Numbered from the stretch's first letter, positions 21,862 through 33,098 are shown. The stretch is 64,000 bases of DNA from an uncultured Trueperaceae bacterium (GCA_963815215.1 CAWFFU010000011.1:224001-288000); one strand, 5' to 3'. Numbers and translations: made by a program. The notes: generated by a model from the sequence alone, not told the origin.

Positions 21862-22107
21862 TCAGATCTTGTTCGGGTTGACGAAGACGGTGGGGTCGAG
21901 CTGCCGAAGGGCCTTGGCGCTGATCCACACCTTCTGGGGCTTGCCGTCGACCCATAGGGTCTTCTTCTGCAGGTTGGGCTTCAACTGGCGCTTGTGCACA
22001 CCCACCTGCTTCACACCGACCCCGCCCCGCTTCTTGGGCGAGCCCTTGCGCTTGCTGGTGGTGGTGCTGTGCGTCTTCTTCCCTGTGATGGCACACACAC
22101 GCGGCAT
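21862..22107 (-). CDS. rpmB: 50S ribosomal protein L28
   Basis: MPRVCAITGKK..GGVG..KPNLQ..ISAKALR; SD GGAGG. Confidence 0.93.
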   Translation of the reverse strand: MPRVCAITGKKTHSTTTSKRKGSPKKRGGVGVKQVGVHKRQLKPNLQKKTLWVDGKPQKVWISAKALRQLDPTVFVNPNKI

Positions 22108-22268
22108 GTTCACGTCCTCCGTCGCGTCGGTCTGGCGTTGACGTCGCGTTCGATTCCGGGGGTCGCGCGCCGCCGACGGGCGCCGCGCCTACCCAAACAC
22201 TGGATAGTAGCACAGACCCTCCCACGAAAGCCACCACCAAGGCTCCCGCAACCCCATAGAATGCCCGC

Positions 22269-22802
22269 ATGACGCGCGACGAACTGGCCGCCCTCATCCA
22301 CCGCCGCTCGCTCCTGCACGGCCACTTCGTGCTGCGCTCGGGCACCACCAGCGACCGCTACTTCGACAAGTACCTGTTCGAGTCCGATCCGGAGCTGCTG
22401 CGGGCCATCGCCGAGGCCATGGCGCCACTGGTCCCGGACGGCATCGACGCCATCGCCGGGCTCGAGCTCGGCGGCGTCCCGCTGGCGGTGATGCTCTCGC
22501 AGCTAACCGGCCTGCCGACCCTGTTCGTTCGCAAGAGGGCCAAGGAGTACGGCACCCGCCGACTGGCGGAGGGCGGCGACATCGCGGGCCGGCGCCTGCT
22601 GGTGGTCGAGGACGTCATCACCTCCGGCGGCCAGGTGGTGCTCTCCACCCGCGACCTGCGCGAGCTCGGCGCCAGTGTCGAGCAGGCCCTGTGCGTCATC
22701 GACCGGGAGGCCGGCGGAGCGGCCAACCTGGCGGAGGCCGACGTGCGCCTCACCCCGCTGTTCACCATGAGCGCGCTGGAGCGCGCCGCCGATCCGGGCT
22801 GA
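22269..22802 (+). CDS. pyrE: Orotate phosphoribosyltransferase
   Basis: [34 protein letters not shown] box 6 nt upstream. Confidence 0.9.
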   Translation: MTRDELAALIHRRSLLHGHFVLRSGTTSDRYFDKYLFESDPELLRAIAEAMAPLVPDGIDAIAGLELGGVPLAVMLSQLTGLPTLFVRKRAKEYGTRRLAEGGDIAGRRLLVVEDVITSGGQVVLSTRDLRELGASVEQALCVIDREAGGAANLAEADVRLTPLFTMSALERAADPG

Positions 22803-22836
22803 GCCCACGGGCCGGGGCCGGGGGCTATCCTCGGCT

Positions 22837-23199
22837 ATGGCAGACTCCGAGCGTCCCACAGACACCCTGTTCGAGAGGATCGTCCGGCGCGAGGTGCCCG
22901 CCGACATCGTCTATCAGGACGAACGCGTCACCGCCTTCCGAGACATCCGGCCGCAGGCGCCGGTACACGTCCTGATCGTCCCCAACGAGCGCATCCCCAC
23001 GGCCGCCGACGTCACCGACGACGACGAGGCCGTGCTCGGCCACCTGTTGGTGGTGGCCGCGCGGGTGGCCGAGCAGGAGGGCCTGCAGAAAGGTTACCGC
23101 CTGCTGGTGAACTGCAAGGAGCACGGACACCAGGAGGTCTACCACCTCCACGTCCACCTGCTCGGCGGCCGGCCGCTCGGTCCCATGCTCTGCCGCTGA
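22837..23199 (+). CDS. Histidine triad (HIT) nucleotide-binding protein
   Basis: [24 protein letters not shown]. Confidence 0.95.
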   Translation: MADSERPTDTLFERIVRREVPADIVYQDERVTAFRDIRPQAPVHVLIVPNERIPTAADVTDDDEAVLGHLLVVAARVAEQEGLQKGYRLLVNCKEHGHQEVYHLHVHLLGGRPLGPMLCR

Positions 23200-23252
23200 C
23201 GCGACGGCGCCCGACACGCGGGACGGAACCGAACGCGTGTTAGCTTCGAACC

Positions 23253-23861
23253 ATGCACGGCCTCGCGCTCGTCGGGAACGCGCTCACCCTCGACCGGCAG
23301 GCCTTCGTCCTGCTCGACCAGGGAGTGACCGGCCTGCGCCTGTCGCTGGCGGTGGTGTTCGTGGCGGGCGTCTCCGCCGCCATCGGGCAGAGCGTCGTGC
23401 TGTTCGCGAACCGCGTCTCGCAGCGCCGCTTCCTGTTCAGCCTGCTGCTCTCGGGCGCCGTGTACGTGCTGGTCTTCCTGTTCTGGTCCACATCGGCGTG
23501 GCTGATCGCGGTGTACGTCTTCGGTCACCCGCGGCCCTACCTCAACGCCCTGCGAACCGTGGGGCTGGCGTACAGTCCGCAACTCTTCGGTTTCCTGGTC
23601 CTCACCCCCTACTTCGGTTCCTTCATCGCGGCCGCCCTGTCGGTATGGAACCTGCTGGCCATCGTGGTTGCGACGCGCGCCGTGTTCCACCTCACCACCC
23701 TCGAAGCGGTCGCCAGCGCCGCACTCGGCTGGGTCCTGCTGCAGCTCCTGCAGCGCACCATCGGGCGGCCCGTGATGGGCCTCGGCCGGCGCCTGCGGAT
23801 CGTCGTGGCAGGCCGGCGCCTGGTCCCCTTCAAGGAGGCGGTCGAGGAGGGCGAGGGCTAG
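23253..23861 (+). CDS. Yip1-like multi-pass membrane protein
   Basis: About 5 TM; GQSVVLFANRV, GLAYSPQ; TAGCTT box 6 nt upstream. Confidence 0.65.
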   Translation: MHGLALVGNALTLDRQAFVLLDQGVTGLRLSLAVVFVAGVSAAIGQSVVLFANRVSQRRFLFSLLLSGAVYVLVFLFWSTSAWLIAVYVFGHPRPYLNALRTVGLAYSPQLFGFLVLTPYFGSFIAAALSVWNLLAIVVATRAVFHLTTLEAVASAALGWVLLQLLQRTIGRPVMGLGRRLRIVVAGRRLVPFKEAVEEGEG

Positions 23862-23862
23862 C

Positions 23863-24828
23863 ATGCGTCTGTTCGACGTCTGGCTGCTGGTCGGGCTGGC
23901 GTTCCTGGCGCTGCTCCTGGCCGGGGCGCTGGCACCGCTCGAAGCGCTCGGTTGGTGGGCTGGCTGGTACGGGCGCCGTTCCGAGGAGCAACCCGTGCGG
24001 CTCGCGAGCAGCGCGCCCGCGCCGCAGCATTTCATCGTCTTCCTGTCCGGGATCCACAGCGTCGCCGAGCACGCGTTCGCGCGCCGCGAGGTGGTGCTGC
24101 TGGAGCGCCTGCGCGAGCGCCTGCCCGACAGCCGCATCCTCGAGGTCTTCCCCTACTCGGTGACGAACAACGCCCTGACCGGGCAACGCGCCTTCGCACG
24201 CTTCTGGCGTTGGGCGTTGCGCATGAAGCTCAGCCGCCGGACGCTGGCCAACATGGCGGGCATGCTCATCAACTTGCGCAATCTGTGGCAGGTCGCGGTA
24301 TCGGCCGACCGGCGCTACGGCCCGATCTACAATCACGGCAGCGCCGAGCTCATCACCGAGGCGCTGCTGGCGGCGGGCTACGTCCCGGCCAGCGGCACCC
24401 GCGTCACGCTCATCGGCTACAGCGGAGGGGGACAGATCGCGCTGGGCGCTGCGGGCCACCTCGACGAGATCCTGGGCACGCCCGTCGACGTCATCGCCCT
24501 CGGCGGCGTGATGGCGTCGGATCCGGCCGCCTTGCAGGTGAGGCACCTCTATTACCTCTACGGCGATCGCGACGGCATCCAGCGTGCCGGCTTCATCTTC
24601 TTCGCCGGTAGGTGGCCGTTGCTACGCTACTCCCCCTGGAACCAGGCCCGGGCCAAGGGGCTGATCACCCGCCTCCGTCTGGGTCCGATGGGGCACACCG
24701 GGCGCGACGGCTACCTGTCCACCACCGCCACGCTCCCCGACGGCCGCAGCTACCTCGACGCCACCGTTGACGCCATCGCGGCGATCGTCGAGCGCGGCGC
24801 CAGCGCGGCCGAGCCCTCGGCCGCCTGA
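23863..24828 (+). CDS. Membrane-anchored alpha/beta-hydrolase-like protein
   Basis: N-terminal TM; nucleophile elbow GYSGG; C-terminal GH. Confidence 0.6.
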   Translation: MRLFDVWLLVGLAFLALLLAGALAPLEALGWWAGWYGRRSEEQPVRLASSAPAPQHFIVFLSGIHSVAEHAFARREVVLLERLRERLPDSRILEVFPYSVTNNALTGQRAFARFWRWALRMKLSRRTLANMAGMLINLRNLWQVAVSADRRYGPIYNHGSAELITEALLAAGYVPASGTRVTLIGYSGGGQIALGAAGHLDEILGTPVDVIALGGVMASDPAALQVRHLYYLYGDRDGIQRAGFIFFAGRWPLLRYSPWNQARAKGLITRLRLGPMGHTGRDGYLSTTATLPDGRSYLDATVDAIAAIVERGASAAEPSAA

Positions 24829-24856
24829 CGTTCGCTCCCTCGCCCGGACCCGGGCC

Positions 24857-26389
24857 TCAGCGGTACTCGCCCCACTCGTTGCGGAGCACGCCGGCGATCT
24901 CCCCCAGCGTGGCGTGGGCCCGGAAAGCGTGGAGCACGGCCGGGAACAGATTCTCGTCGGTCCTCGCCCGCTGCGCTACGGCGTCCAGCGCCGCGGAAGC
25001 GGCGGCGCCGTCGCGACGCTCGCGGAACGCACGCACTTCGGCCACCCGTCGCTGCTGCAACCCTGGATCGATGCGCTGCACCGGCACGGCGTCTCCGGCA
25101 CTATCGTCGACGAAGCGGTTGATACCGACCACCACGCGTTCGCCGTCCTCGACATCACGTTGCTGCCGGTACGCCGACTCCTCGATCTCGCGCTGCACGT
25201 AGCCTGCCTCGATGGCTTCGACGGCGCCCCCCAGGTCCTCGATGCGCTGCATCAACTCCTGCGCCTCGGACTCCAGCGCGTCGGTGAGGCGCTCCAGGTA
25301 GAAACTGCCACCGAGCGGGTCGATCGCGTCGGGGACGCCCGTTTCGTGCGCCAGGATCTGCTGCGTGCGCAGCGCCAGCCGCGCCGAGCTCGGCGTGGGC
25401 AGGCCCAGCGCCTCGTCGAGCGCGTTGGTGTGCAGGCTCTGGGTGCCGCCGAGGACTGCCGCCAGCGCTTGGAACGCGGTCCTGACCACGTTGTTGTCCG
25501 GCTGCTGCGCCGTCAGCGTGCTGCCGCCGGTCTGGGTGTGGAAACGCAGCATCAGGGCCTTGGGCTCGGTGGCGCCGAACTCTTCGCGCATGATGCGCGC
25601 CCACATGCGCCGCGCGGCCCGGAACTTCGCCACCTCCTCGAACAGATGGCTGTGACAGGCGAAGAAGAACGACAGTCGAGGACCGAAGGCATCGACCTCG
25701 AGGCCGGCGCGCTGGGCGGCGCGCACGTACGCACGCGCGTTGGCGAGCGTGAAGGCGACCTCCTGGGCCGCGCTCGCGCCCGCTTCGCGGATGTGGTAGC
25801 CGGAGATGGAGATGGTGTTGAAGTTCGGCAAGCGCTCGGCACAGTACGCGAACAGGTCGGTCACCAGCCGCATGCTGGGAACGGCCGGATAGATGTAGGT
25901 CCCGCGCGCCACGTACTCCTTCAGGATGTCGTTCTGCACGGTCCCGCCCAGGCGCTCCCCGGACACCCCCTGCTCCTCGCCCACCAACTGATAGAGCGCG
26001 AGCAACATCATGGCCGGCGCATTGATGGTCATGGAGGTGGTCACGCGCTCCAGCGGGATCCCCTCGAACAGGCGGCGCATGTCCTCCACCGTGGCGATCG
26101 ACACGCCGACGCGTCCGACCTCCCCCGCGGCCAGCGGATCGTCCGGGTCGAGGCCCAGCTGGGTGGGCAGGTCGAACGCCACCGACAGACCGGCTACGCC
26201 CTGCTCGAGCAGGTAGCGGTAGCGCTCGTTGGACTCCTCCGCGGTCCCGAAGCCGGCGTACTGCCGCATGGTCCACAATCGACCCTCGCTGTACATCTGC
26301 GGGTAGACGCCGCGCGTGAACGGATAGGCGCCGGGACGCCCGAGCCGCTCCGGGAGCCCGTCGGGAGGACCGTCGTAGATGGGCTTCAT
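24857..26389 (-). CDS. Methylmalonyl-CoA mutase, large (substrate-binding) subunit
   Basis: [42 protein letters not shown]; no B12 domain; TATCAT box 6 nt upstream. Confidence 0.92.
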   Translation of the reverse strand: MKPIYDGPPDGLPERLGRPGAYPFTRGVYPQMYSEGRLWTMRQYAGFGTAEESNERYRYLLEQGVAGLSVAFDLPTQLGLDPDDPLAAGEVGRVGVSIATVEDMRRLFEGIPLERVTTSMTINAPAMMLLALYQLVGEEQGVSGERLGGTVQNDILKEYVARGTYIYPAVPSMRLVTDLFAYCAERLPNFNTISISGYHIREAGASAAQEVAFTLANARAYVRAAQRAGLEVDAFGPRLSFFFACHSHLFEEVAKFRAARRMWARIMREEFGATEPKALMLRFHTQTGGSTLTAQQPDNNVVRTAFQALAAVLGGTQSLHTNALDEALGLPTPSSARLALRTQQILAHETGVPDAIDPLGGSFYLERLTDALESEAQELMQRIEDLGGAVEAIEAGYVQREIEESAYRQQRDVEDGERVVVGINRFVDDSAGDAVPVQRIDPGLQQRRVAEVRAFRERRDGAAASAALDAVAQRARTDENLFPAVLHAFRAHATLGEIAGVLRNEWGEYR

Positions 26390-26473
26390 GCCGCGATGAT
26401 AACGGAGCCGGGCGCACCGGACGGTGGGGCGGCGGCCCCCCGGGCGCCGCCAGTGCGGCGTTAGACTGACGCT

Positions 26474-27958
26474 ATGAGGCTCTACAGCGCAGCGCAGATG
26501 CGCTCGGCCGACGCCGCCGCGGCCGCTGCAGGCATGCCGACCCAGCTGCTGATGGAGGCCGCCGGCCGCGCGGTGGCCGAGGCCACGCGCGAACACTACC
26601 CGAACGCGCGCCGTGTGCTGGTGCTGTGCGGCACGGGCAACAACGGCGGCGACGGCTACGTGGCCGCGCGCTTCCTGCTGGCGTCCGGCGCCTCCGTCGA
26701 CGTGCTGGAGATGACCTCCGAGCCCTCCGGCGACGACGCCGCCGGCGCGCGGCGCGCCTTCCTCGCGCACGGGGGCCGGCCGGCCGCGCTCGATGGCGAC
26801 GGGCTGGACGCCGCGCTGGCGCGCTGCGACGTGGTGTTGGATGCGCTCCTCGGCAGCGGACTGGATCGCCCTCTGCACGGTGTGCTGCAGCGACTCGTCG
26901 AACAGGTGACGGCGAGCCGCCGGCCGGTGGTGGCGGTCGACGTGCCCACCGGAGTCTCCGCCGACGCGGCCACGCCCCCCGGCGCCCACCTGACCGCCGA
27001 GCTGACGGTCCAACTCGCCGGGCCCAAGCGCGCCAGCGCCTTCTACCCCGCCCGAAGCGCGTTCGGCCGTAGCGTGGTGGTCGACATCGGCGTCCCGGGC
27101 TCGGTGCTGGAGAGCGCGTCGCCGGTGGTGCTCCTCGGCGCCACCGACGCGGCGCGTTGGCTGCCGGCTCGAGCTCCCGACGCCCACAAGTACAGCGCCG
27201 GCACCGTGCTGGTGGTGGCCGGCTCGGAGCGCTACCTGGGCGCGGCCGAGCTGGCGTGCCGCGCCGCCTACCGGGGCGGCGCCGGGCTGGTAACGCTGGC
27301 GGCCGCGGCGCGCGCGCCCGCCGCCTGGCCCGAGGTGGTGTTCGAGCCGCTGCGCTGGAGCGACGACGATCCACTGACCGCCCTCGAGGGCATCGACCCG
27401 AAGCGGGCTCAGGTCGCCGTGGTCGGGCCCGGCCTCGATCCCGCGGCGCTGAGGTGGCTTCCGCGGCTGCTCGAGGGCCTGAAGGGCCCGCTGGTGCTCG
27501 ACGCCGGCGGGCTCGAACCCGGCTCCGAGCTGCGGGATGCGGTACGGGCCCACGGCCGCGCCGTCCTCACGCCGCACATCGGGGAGGCTTCGCGGCTGCT
27601 GGCGACGCCGGCCGGGGAGGTGCTGGCCGACCCGCTGGCTGCGGCAGCGACCCTGGCCGAGCGCTACGCCGCGGTCATCGTGCTGAAGGGCTCGAGCACC
27701 GTGGTGGCGGCGCCCGACGGCCGTCAGGCGGTATCGACACGGGGCCACCCCGGCATGGCCGTCGGCGGCACCGGCGACGTGCTGGCCGGGCTGCTCGGGG
27801 CGCTGTTGACGGGCGGAGATCCGTTCGAGCGAGCCTGCACCGGTGTCTACCTGCACGGGCGGGCGGGCGAGCGCGCCGCCGCCGAGCGCGGCGTGGGCCT
27901 GGTGGCCGACGACGTGGTGGATGCGCTGACCGGCGCCGTGGACGAGCTAGCGTGCTAG
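26474..27958 (+). CDS. nnr: Bifunctional NAD(P)H-hydrate epimerase/dehydratase
   Basis: [36 protein letters not shown]. Confidence 0.93.
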   Translation: MRLYSAAQMRSADAAAAAAGMPTQLLMEAAGRAVAEATREHYPNARRVLVLCGTGNNGGDGYVAARFLLASGASVDVLEMTSEPSGDDAAGARRAFLAHGGRPAALDGDGLDAALARCDVVLDALLGSGLDRPLHGVLQRLVEQVTASRRPVVAVDVPTGVSADAATPPGAHLTAELTVQLAGPKRASAFYPARSAFGRSVVVDIGVPGSVLESASPVVLLGATDAARWLPARAPDAHKYSAGTVLVVAGSERYLGAAELACRAAYRGGAGLVTLAAAARAPAAWPEVVFEPLRWSDDDPLTALEGIDPKRAQVAVVGPGLDPAALRWLPRLLEGLKGPLVLDAGGLEPGSELRDAVRAHGRAVLTPHIGEASRLLATPAGEVLADPLAAAATLAERYAAVIVLKGSSTVVAAPDGRQAVSTRGHPGMAVGGTGDVLAGLLGALLTGGDPFERACTGVYLHGRAGERAAAERGVGLVADDVVDALTGAVDELAC

Positions 27959-27968
27959 ATTGCGGCCT

Positions 27969-28865
27969 ATGCTGCAGGTCCGCGTCCCCGCCACGAGTGC
28001 CAATCTCGGGCCCGGGTTCGACGCGCTGGGCATCGCGCTCGACCTCGACCTGACCGTCCGCGCTCTGCCGAGCGAGCGCGACCGTTTCACCTACCGGGGC
28101 GACGGCCACGTCGCCGATTCCCCCCATAATCTCGTCCACCAGGGGTTCCGGGCCGCCTACCACGAGCTCGATCTCGATCCTCCGGGGATGGCGTTCGAAG
28201 CCGACAACCCGATCCCATTGGCACGCGGGTTGGGCTCTTCGTCGGCCGCGCTGGTGGCGGGCGCCGCCCTGGCCGACGCCATGCTGGGCGAGCGCCTGGG
28301 CCGCGAAGCGGTGTTCCGGCTGGTGGCCCGTCTCGAGGGGCACCCCGACAACGTGGCTCCCGCGGTCTTCGGCGGCTTCACGGTGTCGGCGGCCGACGAG
28401 GCCGGAGCCTTCGTCAGCGCCAGCCTGCCGCTGCCGTCGAGCTGGCGGCTGCTGTTCGGCGTGCCGGACTTCGAGCTGCCGACTGCCAAGGCGCGCGCCG
28501 TGCTGCCGTCGAGTTATCCGCGCACCGACGCGGTCCGGACCTCGGGCCGGGCGGCGCTGTGGGCGGTCGCAGTGGCGACCGACCGCCCCGAGCTGCTGCG
28601 CGTGGCATCGCTGGATGTCGTCCACGAGCCCTATCGCGCCCCACTGGTGCCCGGCCTCGACGAGTGCCGCGCGGCGTTGCGCGCCGAAGGCGCCTTCGCC
28701 GCCTACCTCTCAGGCGCCGGGCCCACGCTTGGAGTGGTGGTCGACGACGCCCGTGCCGAACCCTGTCGTGTGCTGCTGGAGGACTTCGCCGGCGAGGGCG
28801 GGCGCGTGCTCGACCTCGGCGCCGGGTTCGGCTACCAGGTGGGGACCGCTCCCGAGCTCGACTGA
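27969..28865 (+). CDS. thrB: Homoserine kinase
   Basis: PATSANLGPGFD, PLARGLGSS, EGHPDN, SGAGPT; TAGATT box 7 nt before ATG 27969. Confidence 0.95.
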   Translation: MLQVRVPATSANLGPGFDALGIALDLDLTVRALPSERDRFTYRGDGHVADSPHNLVHQGFRAAYHELDLDPPGMAFEADNPIPLARGLGSSSAALVAGAALADAMLGERLGREAVFRLVARLEGHPDNVAPAVFGGFTVSAADEAGAFVSASLPLPSSWRLLFGVPDFELPTAKARAVLPSSYPRTDAVRTSGRAALWAVAVATDRPELLRVASLDVVHEPYRAPLVPGLDECRAALRAEGAFAAYLSGAGPTLGVVVDDARAEPCRVLLEDFAGEGGRVLDLGAGFGYQVGTAPELD

Positions 28866-28953
28866 GCCCGGCAGGGTCCATCCTGCCGGGGCCCGCCACA
28901 GCTACGCCCGCGACACCGGGCCGGGACTCCCTCGCCGGCGATGCCGGGCAGCG

Positions 28954-30135
28954 CTAGACCCAGGCGCGCAGCACCTTGAAGCCGGCGTCCAGCCGCACGG
29001 TCTCGAAGCCCTTCCAGGCGTCGAGCTCCCGTTCGTACGGCAACGCGCGGTTGGCGACGATCCAGGCGCTCCCGCCGGCGCGCAGCCGCTCACGGGCTGT
29101 CCCCAGGAAGGCGCGCGCCAGCTCCAGGCGCACCTGCTTGCCGAGGTGGAAGGGCGGGTTGACGAGGAACGCGTCGAAGCGCGCTTCGGGCGCCAGAGCA
29201 GCATCGAGATCCGAGTGAAGGACGGTCGCCCGGTCCGGGAGGTTGCGCCGCGCGCTGCGCACGGCGCCGAGATCGTCGTCGAGAGCCGTCACCTGCGCCG
29301 CGCCGGCGCGAAGCGCGGCGTCCGCGAGGATGCCGGTACCACACCCCAGGTCCGCGACGGCGGCGCCATCGAGCTCCCGTCCGGCCCCGGCGTCGAGCGC
29401 CGCCAGTAGCAGCGCCGTGCCCGGGTCGACGGCGCGGGCGGCATGGACCCCCGGTAGCGACCACCAGCTCCTGCCGAGCGCCTCGAAGCTGCGCCAGGGA
29501 TCGGATTCGGGCGCGCCGCCGCCGGGTCGTCCGTCGTCGCGCGCCTCCGCCTCCGGGTCGACGCCCGGCTCCCGCGCTCCCTCCAGGCGAACCACCCGCC
29601 AGCCCCGGCTCCTGCGCACCACACTCACCCCGTGGAACCAGGCTGCGGCGTCGCGCTCGTAGCGCTTCGCGCCCTGGTCCTTGTGCATGGCGGCGTAGAC
29701 GACGCCGCCCGGCGCCAGTGCCCGGGCCGCGGCCGCCAGCTCGACGCGCACGCGGTCGTTGCCCCGGTCGGTGGGGGGCAGCAACAGCACGGTCCGCCAG
29801 CCGCCCCGCTCCAGGTCCCAGGGAAGCCCGGCAACGACGTCGATGCGTTCGTCGTCCTCGAAGCGCGCGTGGGCAGCACGCGCGGCCGCGAAGGAAGGCT
29901 CCAGCACCGCGACCCGGGTCGCGGTCGGAGCCGCCAACGCGCCCCCGCCGGCGCTGCCGGTCGCGTCGGCGACCTCTCCGACGGGGGCCGGGTCCTCGGC
30001 GGCGACCGCATCGAGCAGCTCGCCGAGGCCGGCCGCCGGCCCTGGGAAACCGCGCACGCCGGCCGAGCCGAGCAACTCGCCGTGCCCGTCGACGCCGAAG
30101 CGGACGAGGTGGTGGTGCGAGGTGGTGACGCTCAC
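28954..30135 (-). CDS. RsmC/MTS-like SAM-dependent methyltransferase
   Basis: VDPGT.LLL, DLGCGTG, NPPFH, IVANR.LPY. Confidence 0.85.
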   Translation of the reverse strand: MSVTTSHHHLVRFGVDGHGELLGSAGVRGFPGPAAGLGELLDAVAAEDPAPVGEVADATGSAGGGALAAPTATRVAVLEPSFAAARAAHARFEDDERIDVVAGLPWDLERGGWRTVLLLPPTDRGNDRVRVELAAAARALAPGGVVYAAMHKDQGAKRYERDAAAWFHGVSVVRRSRGWRVVRLEGAREPGVDPEAEARDDGRPGGGAPESDPWRSFEALGRSWWSLPGVHAARAVDPGTALLLAALDAGAGRELDGAAVADLGCGTGILADAALRAGAAQVTALDDDLGAVRSARRNLPDRATVLHSDLDAALAPEARFDAFLVNPPFHLGKQVRLELARAFLGTARERLRAGGSAWIVANRALPYERELDAWKGFETVRLDAGFKVLRAWV

Positions 30136-30185
30136 GAGCCGCAGTCTACCCGCAGCCCGCCTCCCCCCGGTGGTAGCGTTGGGGC

Positions 30186-31199
30186 GTGCCCCTCGTGCTC
30201 GGGATCGACACCTCCTGCGATGACACCGGCGTCGGCGTGGTCGACGGCGGTCGCGTACTGGCCAACGAGGTCGAGTCGCAGACGGCGCTCCACGCGCGCT
30301 TCGGCGGGGTCGTTCCGGAACAGGCCAGTCGCGAACATCTCAGCGTGATCGACGCCGTGGTTGAGCGCGCCCTGGAACGAGCCGGTGTGAGCGTCGGCGA
30401 CCTCGACGCGGTGGCGGCCACGCGCGGACCCGGCCTGGTCGGTGCGCTGCTGGTCGGACTGGGGTACGGCAAAGCGTTGGCCTGGGCGCGGGGCGTCCCC
30501 TTCGTGCCGGTGCACCACCTCGAGGCTCACATCGCCGCGGCGGTGGCAGGCTCCGGCCTGACCCCGCCCTTCCTGTGCCTGATCGCGTCCGGCGGCCACA
30601 CGGCGCTGTTCGCGGTGCGCGCGTGGGACGCCATCGAGCAGCTCGGCCGCAGTCGCGACGACGCGGCGGGCGAAGCGTTCGACAAGGTGGCGCGCCTGAT
30701 CGGTCTCGGCTACCCGGGCGGGCCGGCGCTGGCCGCGCTGGCCGAGCACGGCAACGACCGCGCCGTGACGCTGCCGCAGCCGATGCGGCGCCAGCACGGC
30801 TTCGACTTCAGCTTCAGCGGTCTGAAGACGGCAGTGGCCATCGCGCTCGAGCGCGAGCCCGGCCTGGCGCCCGAGGACGTGGCGGCCAGCTTCCAGCGCA
30901 CTGCCGTCGAGGCCCTGGTCGACGTCACGCGCAGGGCGGCACAGCACACCGGTTTGGAGCGTCTGGTGGTCGCAGGGGGCGTCGCCGCCAACGCGCGCCT
31001 GCGTTCGGCCATGGCGGCCGCCGGCCTGCACGCCACCTTCCCACCGCCGGCACTGGCGACCGACAACGGTGCCATGGTCGCGCTGGCGGCCGAGCGCCGG
31101 TTGCCCGACGCCCGCCGCCATCAGGCGCAGGCGCTCGCCACCGACGCCGTTCCCTACCTGCCCCTGGCCGCCACCGGCGAGCCCAGCGCGTCGGCGTAG
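30186..31199 (+). CDS. tsaD: t6A37 threonylcarbamoyltransferase subunit
   Basis: GIDTSCDDT, GGVVPE, HHLEAH, DDAAGEAFDK, FSFSGLKT, TDNGAM. Confidence 0.95.
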   Translation: MPLVLGIDTSCDDTGVGVVDGGRVLANEVESQTALHARFGGVVPEQASREHLSVIDAVVERALERAGVSVGDLDAVAATRGPGLVGALLVGLGYGKALAWARGVPFVPVHHLEAHIAAAVAGSGLTPPFLCLIASGGHTALFAVRAWDAIEQLGRSRDDAAGEAFDKVARLIGLGYPGGPALAALAEHGNDRAVTLPQPMRRQHGFDFSFSGLKTAVAIALEREPGLAPEDVAASFQRTAVEALVDVTRRAAQHTGLERLVVAGGVAANARLRSAMAAAGLHATFPPPALATDNGAMVALAAERRLPDARRHQAQALATDAVPYLPLAATGEPSASA

Positions 31200-32317
31200 G
31201 CGCGCGCCACCAGCGGCATCACCCGCTCCTCGGAGAACTCGCGCACCGCGCGTTGGCGGGCAGCCTGCGCGTAACGCGCGTGCTCTTCGGGGTCCGACAG
31301 CAGCTCCACGGCGGCGCGCGCCATGCCGTCGATGTCGCCGGGCTCGAGCAGACGCCCGCTCACGCCGTCCTCCACCACCTCCGGCAGCCCGCCGATGCGG
31401 CTGGCCACCACCGGCACGCCGCTGGCCATCGCCTCGAGCGCCGATAGGCCGAACGACTCCTGGATGCTCGGCAACACGAAGAGGTCACCGACCGCCAGCA
31501 CGTCCTCGATGCGCGGGAAGCTGCCCAGGAAGGACACGCGACCGGTCAACCCGAGCTCCGCGGCGAGCGCCACCGCGGCAGGCCTGTCGGGCCCGTCGCC
31601 GACCATCAGCAGCCGTGCACCCAGCTTCTGCGACACGACTCCGAACACCCGGATGACGTCCTCCGCCCTCTTCACCGGGCGGAAGTTGGAGATGTGCACC
31701 AGTAGCTTCTCATCGCGGTGCGCGAAGCGTTGCCGCCGGTCGAGCGCGCCCGGGAGCGGCACCGGCGCGGGGTGGAAGCGCTCGTGATCGATGGCGTTGG
31801 GGATCACCCGGATGGGCGCTCGCACCCCCATCTCGCGGTTGGTGTAGTCCGCCAGGTAGCGGCTCACCGCGGTCACCACGTCGGAACGCTCGATGCTGTA
31901 CTGCGTGGCGCGGAGGTACGCCCGGTCGAGCCCCACCAACGTCACGTCGGTGCCGTGCAGCGTGGTGACGACCACCGGTCGCCGCGCGCTGTGCACCATG
32001 TCCCGCGCGAGCACCGCGGCGGTGGCGTGCGGAACGGCGTAATGCGCGTGGATGACGTCGATGCCGACCTCCTCGATGACCTCCGCCAGCTTCGATGCTT
32101 CGGCCAGCGTCGTCAGCGGCGCGTCGAACAGCGGGTAGGTCATCGCCTCGACCTGATGGAAGAAGACGTTGGGCAGCGAGGGCTCGGTGAGCCGGAACGG
32201 GAGGCGGTCGGCCACGAAGTGGACCGCGTCGCCGGAGCGAGCGAAGCTGAGCCCGAGCTCGGTGGCGGCCACGCCACTGCCCCCCGCCCCGCTGTGGAGC
32301 AAGACCGCGATGTTCAC
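31154..32317 (-). CDS. bshA: N-acetyl-alpha-D-glucosaminyl L-malate synthase (bacillithiol)
   Basis: GGSGVAATELG, HAHYAVPH, TTLHGTDVT, HISNFRPVKR, ESFGLSALEAM. Confidence 0.92.
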   Translation of the reverse strand: MNIAVLLHSGAGGSGVAATELGLSFARSGDAVHFVADRLPFRLTEPSLPNVFFHQVEAMTYPLFDAPLTTLAEASKLAEVIEEVGIDVIHAHYAVPHATAAVLARDMVHSARRPVVVTTLHGTDVTLVGLDRAYLRATQYSIERSDVVTAVSRYLADYTNREMGVRAPIRVIPNAIDHERFHPAPVPLPGALDRRQRFAHRDEKLLVHISNFRPVKRAEDVIRVFGVVSQKLGARLLMVGDGPDRPAAVALAAELGLTGRVSFLGSFPRIEDVLAVGDLFVLPSIQESFGLSALEAMASGVPVVASRIGGLPEVVEDGVSGRLLEPGDIDGMARAAVELLSDPEEHARYAQAARQRAVREFSEERVMPLVARAYADALGSPVAARGR

Positions 32318-32468
32318 GTAGGGACCGCGCCGAGTACCGGGGGATCGAGGATGTCGCGCACGCCGCAGTCTATGGGGGGCGCTCGTCCCGGAGCCGTGTT
32401 CGAGGCTACCCCGGTGACGGCGCGTAGGCCGGCGCTGGCGCTCAGCCGCCCGTGGGGCCCCGTGGCGT

Positions 32469-33098
32469 TCAGCCCACGGTCCCCCACAGCCCGGCCAGGT
32501 ACATCTCCTGGGTGATCACGCCGTGCACCGTCTCGTCCTCGCTCACCACCACCACCAGCTGTTCATGGGCCAGCACGCTCCGTAGCTCGGTGACCGCCAC
32601 CCCCGCGGGGACCTTGACGAGCTCCTCCCAGGAGGTGATGCTGTCGCGCCGCAGCCCGGTGACGCCCACCGGGACGCCCGCCTGCTTCACGATGACGACC
32701 CGGTTCTCGGCGAGGGTGTGGACGACCTCGCCGGCATCCACCTGAGGCACGCGCCCGGCCGCGCGACCCGCCGTCGGCGGCACCAGCACCCCGAAGCTCA
32801 GCAGCGTCGGGCTGGGCAGGTGCAGCGCCGAGCGCGCGTACACCAGCGCGCCGCTGTACGCCAGCACGAACACGATGCCTTCCGCCAGACCGGCGGCGTT
32901 GAAGCTGGCGAAGCCGAGCCTACCGGCCCGCCCCAACAACAGGAACACCAGGAACGAGATCAGCAGCGCGAAACCGAACGACGCCACCCCGCCCCAGAAG
33001 GCGGCGCTGCGGAGTTGACCCGGCCGCCTCATGCGCGGCTCCGGGACGCGGCCGCGGCGCTCACGCGTCCGCTCCCGGGAGGCCCGGACGTCGCTCAT
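32469..33098 (-). CDS. Hypothetical membrane protein with CBS-like C-terminus
   Basis: Two TM segments; C-terminal VVVSEDETVHGVIT. Confidence 0.55.
   Translation of the reverse strand: MSDVRASRERTRERRGRVPEPRMRRPGQLRSAAFWGGVASFGFALLISFLVFLLLGRAGRLGFASFNAAGLAEGIVFVLAYSGALVYARSALHLPSPTLLSFGVLVPPTAGRAAGRVPQVDAGEVVHTLAENRVVIVKQAGVPVGVTGLRRDSITSWEELVKVPAGVAVTELRSVLAHEQLVVVVSEDETVHGVITQEMYLAGLWGTVG

Noticed and set aside
26390..27856. N-terminal extension making a 999-aa methylmalonyl-CoA mutase
   Set aside because: The extension is antisense to nnr; the real start is ATG 26389 with a TATCAT box
31154..31199. 46-nt convergent overlap of tsaD and bshA as antisense regulation
   Set aside because: Involves non-conserved-looking C-terminal tails; common in GC-rich genomes
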